Part shown: in pieces, positions 9,484 through 18,281 of the stretch
How positions within the stretch are numbered: the stretch's first letter is position 1
Layout: every line of letters begins with the position of its first letter
Source: Actinomycetota bacterium
Lineage (GTDB): Bacteria; Actinomycetota; Actinomycetes; Actinomycetales; Microbacteriaceae
Direction of reading: 5' to 3'
Length of the DNA stretch: 64,000 nucleotides
Assembly: GCA_018268515.1 (NCBI GenBank)
Contig: JAFDWK010000020.1
Location: 16,458-80,457, forward strand
Program-made: the position numbers and the translations under genes
The notes under the pieces: model-generated
The model's input: the letters and a program-made list of their open reading frames with translations, nothing else
Databases searched by the model: none
Told to the model about the DNA's origin: nothing

Positions 9484-9846
9484 GTGACGTCGCAGCACAG
9501 TTCGCCGCAGCCCGAGGCGCGCGTGCGCGCCCGCGATCTCGGCGTCGCCTTCGACGGCGAGCCCGGCGTGCTGGACGCGATCACCGACGTCCCCGGCCTC
9601 GAGGTGGGCTTCACGACGCTGATCGAGGGGGAAGGCGCCCACGCGGTGCGCAGCGGGGTCACCGCGATCCTGCCGCGGGGCAGCGACGGCGTGGGCGTCG
9701 CCTGCGCGGCGGCCGTGCACTCCTTCAACGGCAACGGCGAGCTGACCGGGCGCAGCTGGATCGACGAGTCCGGATCCCTCGCCCTGCCGATCGCGCTCCC
9801 GCACCACGAGATCCGTGCGGCCGCGGAGCGCATGTCGGTGCGGTGA
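9484..9846 (+). pseudogene. N-terminal remnant of a DmpA/BapA-type (peptidase S58, P1 family) aminopeptidase
   Basis: ARDLGVAFDGEPGVLDAITDVPGLEVGFTTL...VRSGVTAILP...NGNGELTGRSWIDESGSLALPIAL matches the first ~110 aa of the family. The reading frame then ends at about 120 aa, against roughly 350 aa expected. Confidence 0.55.
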
Positions 9847-9883
9847 GGACCGGGCCCGTGCGGGGTCCTGTCAGGATGGGGGC

Positions 9884-10486
9884 ATGCAGACCTCTCCCGG
9901 CGCGTGGCTGAGAGCGCGCCCGTCGCTGACCGGAACCGCACCTGCGCTGCACCCCGCATCCGTGCCGGACGATCCGCTCGCCCTGTTCCTGAACTGGATC
10001 ACCGCGGCGGCGGAGGCCGAGGTGGCAGAGCCGCACGCGGCGACGCTCGCCACGATCGACGCGGACGGGCTGCCGGATGCGCGCACGCTCATCCTCAAGG
10101 ACGTCGACGAGCGCGGCTGGGCGTTCGCCGGAACCCGATCCTCGGCCAAGGGACAGCAGCTGGCGGCGAACCCCCTGGCGGCGCTGAACTTCTGGTGGCA
10201 GCCCGTGCTGCGCGCCGTGCGGGTGCGCGGCAGGGTGCAGGAAGCCACTGCCGCGGAGAGTGCGGCGGATCTGGCCACGCGCTCCCCGTCGGCGCGCGCA
10301 GGCGTGGCGGACGGCGATTGGGTGCTCTGGCGGGTCGTGCCGAGCCGGATCGAGTTCTGGCAGGGGGCGACGGATCGGCGTCACCTCCGCATCATCTACA
10401 CGCGGCGCGCGGACGGCTGGCGCCGCACCTGGCACGGTGACGAAGGCACGGCGCCGATCGGCGCCCGAGAGGAGCGGAACGCATGA
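9884..10486 (+). CDS. pdxH: pyridoxamine 5'-phosphate oxidase family protein
   Basis: I chose ATG 9884. The motifs are ATLATIDADGLPDARTLILKD and the C-terminal IEFWQGATDRRHLRIIY. Confidence 0.7.
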   Translation: MQTSPGAWLRARPSLTGTAPALHPASVPDDPLALFLNWITAAAEAEVAEPHAATLATIDADGLPDARTLILKDVDERGWAFAGTRSSAKGQQLAANPLAALNFWWQPVLRAVRVRGRVQEATAAESAADLATRSPSARAGVADGDWVLWRVVPSRIEFWQGATDRRHLRIIYTRRADGWRRTWHGDEGTAPIGAREERNA

Positions 10487-10923
10487 GCGACTACGAGATC
10501 ACCGAGATCGGCGCACCGGACGAATGGCGCCGGCACCACGGCGGGTTCGATGCGTCGCGCTCGCGCGACGGCCGCCGCGTCGTCGACCACGAACTGGCCA
10601 TGCAGTACATCGGGATGACCGCGAACGCGCTGGAGCCGGGGGAGGAGGCCGGATACTGGCACACCCATTCCCGGATCGAGGAGCTCTACGTGTTCCTCGC
10701 CGGACGCGGGCAGATGGGCGTCGGCGACGAGGTGGTCGAGGTCGGCCCCGGCACCGTGGTCCGTGTGAGGCAGGACGTGCCGCGCACCTGGCGCGCCCTC
10801 CCGGACAGCGCCGGCGAGCTGCGCTGGCTGTGCATCCGCGCCGGCGGCGAGGCGCTGCCGCACCTTCCGGACGACAGCGCGCGCCTGCCGGAACGGCCGA
10901 TGCCGTGGCACGCTGCGGACTGA
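10483..10923 (+). CDS. cupin domain protein
   Basis: It has a GYWHTHSRIEELYVFLAGRG...VVRV cupin-like beta-barrel motif. Its ATGA overlaps the pdxH stop. Confidence 0.6.
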   Translation: MSDYEITEIGAPDEWRRHHGGFDASRSRDGRRVVDHELAMQYIGMTANALEPGEEAGYWHTHSRIEELYVFLAGRGQMGVGDEVVEVGPGTVVRVRQDVPRTWRALPDSAGELRWLCIRAGGEALPHLPDDSARLPERPMPWHAAD

Positions 10924-10999
10924 GCGCGCCCGTCCGACCGGGCTCGGCGGATCCGCGTCGCTTCGCTCCGTGTTCACCGGGGCGTGACACCCTGGAGGC

Positions 11000-12040
11000 A
11001 TGACCGACGAGACCCTGCCTCCGGCCCTCCGTGCCGAGATCAACGCCGTGCTCGACGACGCGGGTGTGCACGCCGATCGGCGCCTGGTGATGCGGATGCT
11101 GCAGACCGCGGTGCTGCTCGGTGAGGATCGCACCGACCGGCTGGACCTGAAGATCGCTTCGGCCGCACTCAGCGAGATGCGCGACGCGTTCCGGCTGTTC
11201 GCGCCGTTCCAGGGCGTCCCCAAGGTCACGGTCTTCGGATCCGCCCGCACCGCTCAGGACGACCCGCTGTACCGGCAGGCTCGCGACGTCGCGGCCGCGC
11301 TCGCCGCGGAGGGCTGGATGGTCGTGACCGGTGCGGGACCCGGGATCATGCAGGCGGCCGCCGAGGGGGCGGGGCAGGAGATGTCGCTCGGCGTGTCGAT
11401 CCGGCTGCCCTTCGAGGAGAAGGCGAATGCGGTCGTCGAAGCGGCCGATCACGTCGTCGCGATGAAGTACTTCTTCACGCGCAAGCTCATGCTCATGAAG
11501 GAGTCGCGCGGGTTCATCTGCCTGCCCGGCGGCTTCGGCACCCTGGATGAGATGTTCGAGCTGCTCACCCTGCAGCAGACCGGCAAGGCCGAGCCCATGC
11601 CGATCGTGCTGCTGGACGAACCGGGCGGCACGTTCTGGCGCGGGCTCGAGCGTTTCGTGCAGGAGGATCTCGCGCCGACCGGGGTCATCTCACCCGGCGA
11701 CTTCGACCGCGTGCAGATCACCGACTCCGTGACCGAGGCGGCCGCGGTGATCACCGGATTCTGGCGCAACTACGACTCGCTGCGCTGGGTCGGGGATCTG
11801 CTGGTGCTGCGCCTGCGAGCCGAGCCGACTCCGGAGGAGATCGCGCGGCTGAACGAGCAGTTCGGATCCCTGCTGTCCTCCGGCCGCATAGAGGCATGCG
11901 GTCCCCAGCCCGCCGAACTGGCCGACAAGGACCGCCTCGAGCTGCCCCGGGTCTCGCTGCATCTGGATCAGCGCACGGTCGGGGGCCTGTTCCGCCTCAT
12001 CGGCGCGATCAACGGGTTCGGATCCGCACCGCAGCGGTGA
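11000..12040 (+). CDS. LOG-family / PpnN-like nucleotide 5'-monophosphate nucleosidase
   Basis: VFGSAR...VVTGAGPGIMQAAAEGA...PGGFGTLDEMFE are LOG/TIGR00730 signature blocks, flanked by extra N- and C-terminal domains. Confidence 0.75.
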   Translation: MTDETLPPALRAEINAVLDDAGVHADRRLVMRMLQTAVLLGEDRTDRLDLKIASAALSEMRDAFRLFAPFQGVPKVTVFGSARTAQDDPLYRQARDVAAALAAEGWMVVTGAGPGIMQAAAEGAGQEMSLGVSIRLPFEEKANAVVEAADHVVAMKYFFTRKLMLMKESRGFICLPGGFGTLDEMFELLTLQQTGKAEPMPIVLLDEPGGTFWRGLERFVQEDLAPTGVISPGDFDRVQITDSVTEAAAVITGFWRNYDSLRWVGDLLVLRLRAEPTPEEIARLNEQFGSLLSSGRIEACGPQPAELADKDRLELPRVSLHLDQRTVGGLFRLIGAINGFGSAPQR

Positions 12041-12067
12041 ACCGCGCCGCCGCGGACGGTGTGCGGT

Positions 12068-12290
12068 TCACCGGGCGACGAGCGCCTCGATCCGGTCGGC
12101 GGCGACCGCGGCCCCGTCCTGGGTGCGCAGTCTCCGCCCCGTGCTCGACACCCGCTCCGCGATGCCTCGATCGGTGAGGATCCGTCGCACCGCATCGCCG
12201 ATGGCGTCGGCCGACGCGGTCCGCGGCAGGGTGAGCCCGAGGCCGTTGTCCTGCACGATCCGCCCGATCAGCGGCTGAGCACGGCGACCG
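12068..12290 (-). pseudogene. C-terminal remnant of a second MGT-family glycosyltransferase
   Basis: QPLIGRIVQDNGLGLTLPRTASADAIGDAVRRILTDRGIAERVSSTGRRLR aligns by eye with the C-terminus of the 6858-8147 protein (KPEVAARVAFTGAGVNLRTGTPSAGAVGAAVDRVLGEGGFRDSATRVGSELR). The frame breaks at about 12270 and nothing recognisable lies upstream. Confidence 0.5.
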
Positions 12291-12660
12291 CGTTGCCCGG
12301 CACGCCGCGGACGACGACGACGGCGAGCGCGATCTGGAACAGTCCGATCGCCGCAGCGACCGTGACCTGGGCGGGCTCGTGGAGCAATGGGCCGCCGGAG
12401 CAGCGCCGTCGCGGTGAGCGTCGCAGCGACGAGCACCAGCGTCGCCCGTGTCGGCCACGACGCGTGCGTCTGCGCAGGGCCCCCAGAGCCGCGTCCATGA
12501 CAGCACCATAGGACCCGCCGCGTCCGGGCGGTATCCGTGTCAGCACGCGGCAGGACGCCGGGGTGACGCCCAGGCGTGTCCGGAGTCGACGCCGAGGGCA
12601 TCGCCTTCCGACCCGGTCAGGCTCGGAAGAGCCCTGATCCCGGCTCCCGCACCAGGAGGA

Positions 12661-12918
12661 ATGATGACCGTCATCGAACCCGCATCCGCCGGCGTCATCG
12701 CCGAGACCGCGCCGACGACCGGATTCCCGCGCGTCTGCGGCGCGATCGCACTGCCGCTGGCGTTCGTCTGCCAGCTGGTGTGCAACAGCCTGTACGCCTG
12801 GACCTCGACGTCCTCCGGACCGGGGGACCAGGGCGGCGCCGTCGAAGCGCAGCGGTTCCATGCCGCGTTCGGTGGCGAGATGGGGCGACGAGGTCATGAC
12901 GGGATCCTTCCTCTCTGA
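12661..12918 (+). CDS. small hypothetical protein (possibly a truncated membrane protein)
   Basis: A strong Shine-Dalgarno sequence (CCAGGAGGA) sits directly before ATGATG. GC3 is high over most of the frame. No recognisable family. Confidence 0.3.
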   Translation: MMTVIEPASAGVIAETAPTTGFPRVCGAIALPLAFVCQLVCNSLYAWTSTSSGPGDQGGAVEAQRFHAAFGGEMGRRGHDGILPL

Positions 12919-12962
12919 CCCCATCCCAGCGGACGCGGTTCCCGGGAGGCCAGGGCAACCGT

Positions 12963-13250
12963 CTACCAGAACCCGGGAAGTCCACCGGGATTCGCGCCCC
13001 CGGATGTCTTCATTCCGCGGATCGCATAGCCCCCGTCGTCCCAGAACCGTTTCGGGAGCTGGAGGAAGATCTTGTCGGACACACCCGTCCCGAGGCGTGC
13101 GATCGGCCTCGCGACCGCGGCGGGCAAGGGCGGCTCGAAGGCGATCGAGCCGGCGGCCGGCGTCCGCGCGCAGGCGGGCCGCGGTGACGCCCGAGATGCC
13201 GGCACCGATCACGATCGGTGCAACGGAATCTTCCGGTCCTCCTGAAGCCG
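12963..13250 (-). pseudogene. internally deleted, frameshifted flavin-containing amine oxidase remnant
   Basis: The FAD dinucleotide-binding motif PIVIGAGISGVTAARLRADAG is in one frame. It is joined directly, in another frame, to a mid/C-terminal block IAFEPPLPAAVARPIARLGTGVSDKIFLQLPKRFWDD. The several hundred codons expected between them are missing. Confidence 0.55.
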
Positions 13251-13353
13251 CGTGGCGAGCGGCCGCCGATCGCGCGCGGGAGCCGGACCAGGGTATCGTT
13301 GTACGGATGTCGTGCGTGCGAGCGCACGACGAGAGCTGAACAGGGAGGCCGCC

Positions 13354-14340
13354 ATGGATATCGATCTCGGATTGCTGCGCACGATCGAGCGGGAGAAGGA
13401 GATCCCCTTCGACGAGCTCATCGCGATCATCGAACAGGCCGTCCTGACCGCCTACGCCAAGCACGACTCGAACGACGGTGTGCTCACCGAGGGCACTCGC
13501 GTCGAGCTCGACCGCAAGACCGGCCACGTGGCCGTCCTCGTGCCGGTCCGCGATGAAGAGGGCGCGATCATCGGCGAGGAGGACTCCACCCCCGACGACT
13601 TCGGCCGCATCGCCGCGTTCGCCGCGAAGCAGGTCATCGGCCAGCGGCTGCGCGACATCGCCGACGACGCCGTGCTCGGCGAGTTCCGCGGCAAGGAGGG
13701 GGACATCGTCGCCGGCGTCATCCAGCAGGGGTCCAACCCGCGGATGATCCACGTCGACCTCGGATCCGTCGAGGCGATCCTGCCGCCGGAGGAGCAGGTC
13801 CCCGGCGAGGAGTACGCGCACGGCAACCGCATCCGCGTGTACGTGACCTCCGTCGCCAAGGGCATGAAGGGCCCGGCGATCACCGTGTCCCGCACGCACC
13901 CCGGGCTCGTTCGCAAGCTGTTCGCGCTCGAGGTGCCGGAGATCGCGGCGGGGCTCGTCGAGATCGTGGCCCTCGCCCGCGAGGCCGGGCACCGCAGCAA
14001 GATCGCGGTGAAGGCGAACGACCCGTCGATCAACGCCAAGGGCGCCTGCATCGGCGAGATGGGCCGACGCGTCCGCGCGGTCACCGAGGAGCTGGCGGGG
14101 GAGAAGATCGACATCGTCGACTACCACCAGGACCTCGCCACGTTCGTCGCTCATGCGCTGTCGCCGGCGAAGGTGACGAGCGCGTTCGTCCTCGACGCGG
14201 GCACCAAGGCCGTGCGCGCGCTCGTGCCCGACTACCAGCTGTCGCTCGCGATCGGCAAGGAGGGGCAGAACGCCCGCCTCGCCGCGAAGCTCACCGGTGC
14301 GAAGATCGACATCCAGCCGGATTCGGTGCTCGACGCGTGA
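13354..14340 (+). CDS. nusA: transcription termination/antitermination factor NusA
   Basis: I chose ATG 13354, preceded by AGGGAGG. The sequence is MDIDLGLLRTIEREKEIPFDELI..., followed by S1 and KH domain blocks. Confidence 0.95.
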   Translation: MDIDLGLLRTIEREKEIPFDELIAIIEQAVLTAYAKHDSNDGVLTEGTRVELDRKTGHVAVLVPVRDEEGAIIGEEDSTPDDFGRIAAFAAKQVIGQRLRDIADDAVLGEFRGKEGDIVAGVIQQGSNPRMIHVDLGSVEAILPPEEQVPGEEYAHGNRIRVYVTSVAKGMKGPAITVSRTHPGLVRKLFALEVPEIAAGLVEIVALAREAGHRSKIAVKANDPSINAKGACIGEMGRRVRAVTEELAGEKIDIVDYHQDLATFVAHALSPAKVTSAFVLDAGTKAVRALVPDYQLSLAIGKEGQNARLAAKLTGAKIDIQPDSVLDA

Positions 14341-14397
14341 GGCCGGGCGGCGACTCCCGCGCTGAGCGCACCCGCCCCCGTCGCCCCGAGGTGTAAG

Positions 14398-14670
14398 ATG
14401 GATGCAGTACGAACGTGTGTCGGTTGCCGCGCTCGTGCATCTCGTGCCGCCCTGCTCAGGGTGGCGATCCGCAACGGTGAACTCGTCTTCGACGAGCAGG
14501 CTGTGCTGCCGGGACGAGGTGCGTGGGTGCATCCGACACGGGAGTGCGTGGATTCCGCCCTGCGGCGCCGCGCCTTCGCCCGTGCGCTCCGTGTGTCCAC
14601 TGCGATGGAATTCCCGGAAACAGAGAACACGCAGACCCTCGAACAGTACCGATTGAAGAACAAGGGCTGA
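14398..14670 (+). CDS. ylxR: YlxR/RnpM (DUF448) RNA-binding protein
   Basis: The RTCVGCR...GRGAWVHP motif, and the conserved position between nusA and infB. Confidence 0.85.
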   Translation: MDAVRTCVGCRARASRAALLRVAIRNGELVFDEQAVLPGRGAWVHPTRECVDSALRRRAFARALRVSTAMEFPETENTQTLEQYRLKNKG

Positions 14671-14764
14671 ACGGCTATGGAAACAAAGTGAACGGCTCGA
14701 AATGAGACCCGTCCGCGACTAGTGGTCTGCCCTGCCAGGGCGGACCGACCCTGACAGGAGAATT

Positions 14765-17527
14765 GTGGCTGGTAAACCACGCGTGCACGAGATCGCCGCT
14801 GAACTCGGCGTCGACAGCAAGTTCGCACTCGCGAAGCTCAAGGAGCTCGGCGAGTTCGTGAAGTCCCCCTCATCCACGATCGAGCCCCCCGTGGCACGCA
14901 AGCTGCGCGCCGCGATCGAGGCCGACAAGCCGGCCGGTGCCGCGCCCGCGAGCGCCCCGGCGGCGAAGCCCGCAGCGGCTTCTTCCGGCGCGCCCAAGCC
15001 CGGTCCCAAGGCGCCGACCCCCGGTCCCAAGCCCGGACCGGTCAAGCCCGCGGAGCCCGCCCCGGCCCCGGTGGCGGAGAAGCCCGCGGCTCTGGCCGCT
15101 CCGGCTGCGCCCGCCGCGGAGAAGCCGGCTGCGGAGAAGTCTTCCGCGCCGAAGCCCGGCGGATCCGGCGCCCCGCGCCCCGGTGCTCCGCGTCCGGGCA
15201 ACAACCCGTTCGCCTCGTCCCAGGGCATGGGCTCGCGCCCGGCAGGGCCGCGCCCGGGCAACAATCCGTTCGCCTCGTCCCAGGGCATGGGCTCGCGCCC
15301 GACCCCGGGCAACATCCCGCGTCCGCAGGCTCCGCGTCCCGGTTCGCCCCGCATCGGCGCTCCGCGGCCCGGCCCGGGCGGTCGTCCCGGCCGTCCCGGT
15401 CAGGGTGGCGGCGGTCGTCCCGGTGCTCCGTTCCAGCAGCGCACCGGCGGCCCCGGTCGCCCGGGCGGTGCCGGTGCAGGTGCCGGTGGTGGCTTCCAGC
15501 GCCCCGGTGGCGCTCCGGCCGGTGGTTTCGCCGGTCGTCCCGGCGGTGGTGGCGGCCGTGGCCGTGGCCCCGGCGGCGGCACGGCAGGCGCCTTCGGCAA
15601 GGGCGGCGGCAAGAGCAAGCAGCGCAAGTCGCGGCGGGCGAAGCGGCAGGAGTTCGAGATGCGGTCGGCGCCGGTCGTCGGCGGCGTCAACGTCTCCAAG
15701 GGCAACGGCGAGATCATCCGTCTGCGCCGCGGTGCCTCCATCGCCGACTTCGCGGACAAGCTCGAGGCGCTGAACGGCTACACCGTGCAGCCCGGAACGC
15801 TCGTCACGATCCTCTTCAACCTCGGTGAGATGGCCACGGCGACGGAGTCGCTGGACGAGGCCACCTTCGAGGTGCTCGGCGCCGAGCTGGGCTACAAGGT
15901 GCAGATGGTCTCGCCCGAGGACGAGGACAAGGAGCTCCTCGAGGGCTTCGGTCTCGACCTCGAGGCCGAGCTGGAGGCGGAGAGCGAGGACGACCTCGAG
16001 ATCCGTCCTCCGGTGGTGACCGTGATGGGCCACGTCGATCACGGTAAGACCCGACTGCTCGACGCGATCCGCAAGACCAACGTCATCGAGGGCGAGGCCG
16101 GAGGCATCACCCAGCACATCGGTGCGTACCAGGTGTGGACCGAGCACGACGGCATCGAGCGCGCGATCACGTTCATCGACACCCCGGGTCACGAGGCGTT
16201 CACCGCCATGCGTGCCCGTGGTGCCCAGGTGACCGACATCGCGATCCTCGTGGTCGCCGCCGACGACGGCATCATGCCGCAGACGGTGGAGGCGCTGAAC
16301 CACGCCCAGGCGGCGGGGGTGCCGATCGTGGTCGCGGTCAACAAGGTCGACAAGCCCGAGGCCAACCCGGCCAAGGTGCGCCAGCAGCTCACCGAGTACG
16401 GGCTGGTCGCCGAGGAGTACGGCGGCGACGTCATGTTCGTCGACGTGTCGGCACGGGCGAACACGGGCATCCAGGACCTCCTGGACGCCGTGCTGCTCAC
16501 CGCCGACGCGGGCCTGGACCTCACGGCGAACCCGAACAAGGCCGCGCGAGGCATCGCCATCGAGGCGAAGCTCGACAAGGGCCGCGGTTCGGTCGCCACG
16601 GTGCTGATCCAGTCCGGAACGCTCCGGGTCGGCGACGCGATCGTCGCGGGCACCGCGTACGGACGCGTCCGCGCCATGATCGACGAGAACGGCGATGCGG
16701 TCGACGCCGCAGCCCCCTCCCGTCCGGTGCAGGTGCAGGGTCTGAACTCGGTCCCGCGCGCCGGCGACGTCTTCATCGTCACCGAGGAAGACCGCATGGC
16801 CCGTCAGATCGCCGAGAAGCGCGAGGCCGTCGAGCGCAACGCCCAGCTGGCCAAGGCCCGCAAGCGCATCTCGCTCGAGGACTTCACCCGTGCTCTGGAA
16901 GAGGGCAAGGTCGAGACGCTCAACCTCATCATCAAGGGCGACGTGTCCGGTGCCGTCGAGGCGCTGGAGGAGTCGCTGCTCAAGATCGAGGTCGACGACT
17001 CGGTGCAGCTGCGCATCATCCACCGCGGTGTCGGTGCGATCACCGAGAGCGACGTGAACCTGGCGACGATCGACAACGCGATCATCGTGGGCTTCAACGT
17101 GCGTCCCGACACCAAGGCCCGTGAGGCCGCGTCCCGCGAGGGCGTGGACGTGCGGTTCTACTCGGTCATCTACACTGCGATCGACGAGATCGAGAACTCC
17201 CTCAAGGGCATGCTCAAGCCGGAGTTCGAAGAGGTCCAGTCGGGTGTCGCCGAGATCCGCGAGGTGTTCCGCTCCTCGAAGTTCGGCAACATCGCCGGTG
17301 TCATCGTCCGCTCGGGCACGATCACGCGCAACGCGAAGGCGCGCGTCATCCGCGACGGAGTGGTCATCGCCGACGGCCTGGCCATCGAGTCGCTGCGCCG
17401 TTTCAAGGACGACGTCACCGAGGTCCGCACGGACTTCGAGGCGGGTATCGGCCTCGGCAAGTACAACGACATCCAGGTCGGCGACGAGATCGAGACCACC
17501 GAGATGGTGGAGAAGCCGCGCGGGTAA
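14765..17527 (+). CDS. infB: translation initiation factor IF-2
   Basis: GTG start. The N-terminus is [18 protein letters not shown], followed by a Pro/Ala/Gly-rich region and the GTPase motifs GHVDHGKT and DTPGH. Confidence 0.97.
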   Translation: MAGKPRVHEIAAELGVDSKFALAKLKELGEFVKSPSSTIEPPVARKLRAAIEADKPAGAAPASAPAAKPAAASSGAPKPGPKAPTPGPKPGPVKPAEPAPAPVAEKPAALAAPAAPAAEKPAAEKSSAPKPGGSGAPRPGAPRPGNNPFASSQGMGSRPAGPRPGNNPFASSQGMGSRPTPGNIPRPQAPRPGSPRIGAPRPGPGGRPGRPGQGGGGRPGAPFQQRTGGPGRPGGAGAGAGGGFQRPGGAPAGGFAGRPGGGGGRGRGPGGGTAGAFGKGGGKSKQRKSRRAKRQEFEMRSAPVVGGVNVSKGNGEIIRLRRGASIADFADKLEALNGYTVQPGTLVTILFNLGEMATATESLDEATFEVLGAELGYKVQMVSPEDEDKELLEGFGLDLEAELEAESEDDLEIRPPVVTVMGHVDHGKTRLLDAIRKTNVIEGEAGGITQHIGAYQVWTEHDGIERAITFIDTPGHEAFTAMRARGAQVTDIAILVVAADDGIMPQTVEALNHAQAAGVPIVVAVNKVDKPEANPAKVRQQLTEYGLVAEEYGGDVMFVDVSARANTGIQDLLDAVLLTADAGLDLTANPNKAARGIAIEAKLDKGRGSVATVLIQSGTLRVGDAIVAGTAYGRVRAMIDENGDAVDAAAPSRPVQVQGLNSVPRAGDVFIVTEEDRMARQIAEKREAVERNAQLAKARKRISLEDFTRALEEGKVETLNLIIKGDVSGAVEALEESLLKIEVDDSVQLRIIHRGVGAITESDVNLATIDNAIIVGFNVRPDTKAREAASREGVDVRFYSVIYTAIDEIENSLKGMLKPEFEEVQSGVAEIREVFRSSKFGNIAGVIVRSGTITRNAKARVIRDGVVIADGLAIESLRRFKDDVTEVRTDFEAGIGLGKYNDIQVGDEIETTEMVEKPRG
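15190..15300 (+). repeat. 60-bp tandem duplication inside infB (encodes [17 protein letters not shown] twice)
   Basis: The two ~51-bp cores differ at two positions (C/T in AACAAC/AACAAT, T/C in CGTCC/CGCCC). They were read directly at 15190-15240 and 15250-15300. Confidence 0.9.
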
Positions 17528-17549
17528 CGCCGTCGCGGGTACGCCGTTC

Positions 17550-17620
17550 GGCACCCTGTGCCGGCCTTATGGGGCCCCGGTCCGCTTCGCGGATGCCCCA
17601 AACGGCCGACACAGGGTGCC
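17550..17620 (+). other. long imperfect hairpin in the infB-rbfA spacer (candidate RNA structure or processing site)
   Basis: GGCACCCTGTGCCGGCC ... GGCCGACACAGGGTGCC forms a 17-bp outer stem with one mismatch. It encloses an inner GGGGC/GCCCC stem. Confidence 0.5.
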
Positions 17621-17672
17621 TGTCGGCTCCGTGTTCGGTTTCGCCGCCGGTGAAGAGAGATAGGTTTTGGGA

Positions 17673-18104
17673 ATGGCCGGAGAACGACAGGCACGACTCG
17701 CGGACCGGATCCGCGTCATCCTCGCCGAGCGACTGGAGAAGGGGCTGCGCGATCCGCGCCTCGGCTTCGTGACGATCACCGACGTGCGCGTCACGGGTGA
17801 CCTTCAGCACGCATCCGCGTTCTACACCGTGCTGGGCACGGAGGAGGAGCGCGTGGCCTCGGGGGCGGCGCTCACCGCCGCGACCGGACTGCTGCGCAAG
17901 GAGGTCGGGCGCCAGCTCGCCGTGCGGCTCGTGCCGACGCTCGAGTTCATCCCGGACGCGCTGCCCGAGAACGCCGACCACATCGGCGATCTGCTCCGTC
18001 AGGCGCGCGAGCGCGACGAACAGGTCGCCGGCATCGCCGCGTCCGCCTCGTTCGCGGGTGAGGCCGACCCCTACGTGAAGCCTCGCGAGGACGACGAGGA
18101 GTAG
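17673..18104 (+). CDS. rbfA: ribosome-binding factor A
   Basis: The sequence is RLADRIRVILAERLEKGLRDPRLGFVTITDVRVTGDLQHASAFYTV. I chose ATG 17673. Confidence 0.92.
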   Translation: MAGERQARLADRIRVILAERLEKGLRDPRLGFVTITDVRVTGDLQHASAFYTVLGTEEERVASGAALTAATGLLRKEVGRQLAVRLVPTLEFIPDALPENADHIGDLLRQARERDEQVAGIAASASFAGEADPYVKPREDDEE

Positions 18105-18144
18105 CCCGATCGCGGCGGCCGCCGCCGCTGAGAGATCGATCCGC

Positions 18145-18177
18145 AGAGGCCCCGGGAACAGCGTTCCCGGGGCCTCT
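18145..18177 (+). terminator. hairpin terminator after rbfA
   Basis: AGAGGCCCCGGGAAC-AGC-GTTCCCGGGGCCTCT forms a 15-bp perfect stem. Confidence 0.7.
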
Positions 18178-18281
18178 CTGCGCACCCGGACGTGGCACGG
18201 GTTCCTCAACCGGGTACAAGAACTTTGGAATCTGCTGGGAGTCTTGTTAGCATCCAACCCACGTGCGCGAAGACGCGCGCG

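Noticed and set aside
12268-14532. A 754-aa minus-strand ORF covering nusA
   Set aside because: It is antisense to a clearly recognisable nusA. Only its extreme 3' portion (12.3-13.25 kb) carries short relic motifs, and those are reported separately as pseudogenes.
14870-17554. An 894-aa minus-strand ORF antisense to infB. Similar ORFs lie at 17415-19841, 24188-26716 and 58784-61363, antisense to LuxR, the SNF2 gene and pnp.
   Set aside because: All of them mirror strongly supported plus-strand genes. They have Arg/Gly/Asp-biased, motif-free translations typical of stop-codon-poor GC-rich antisense frames.
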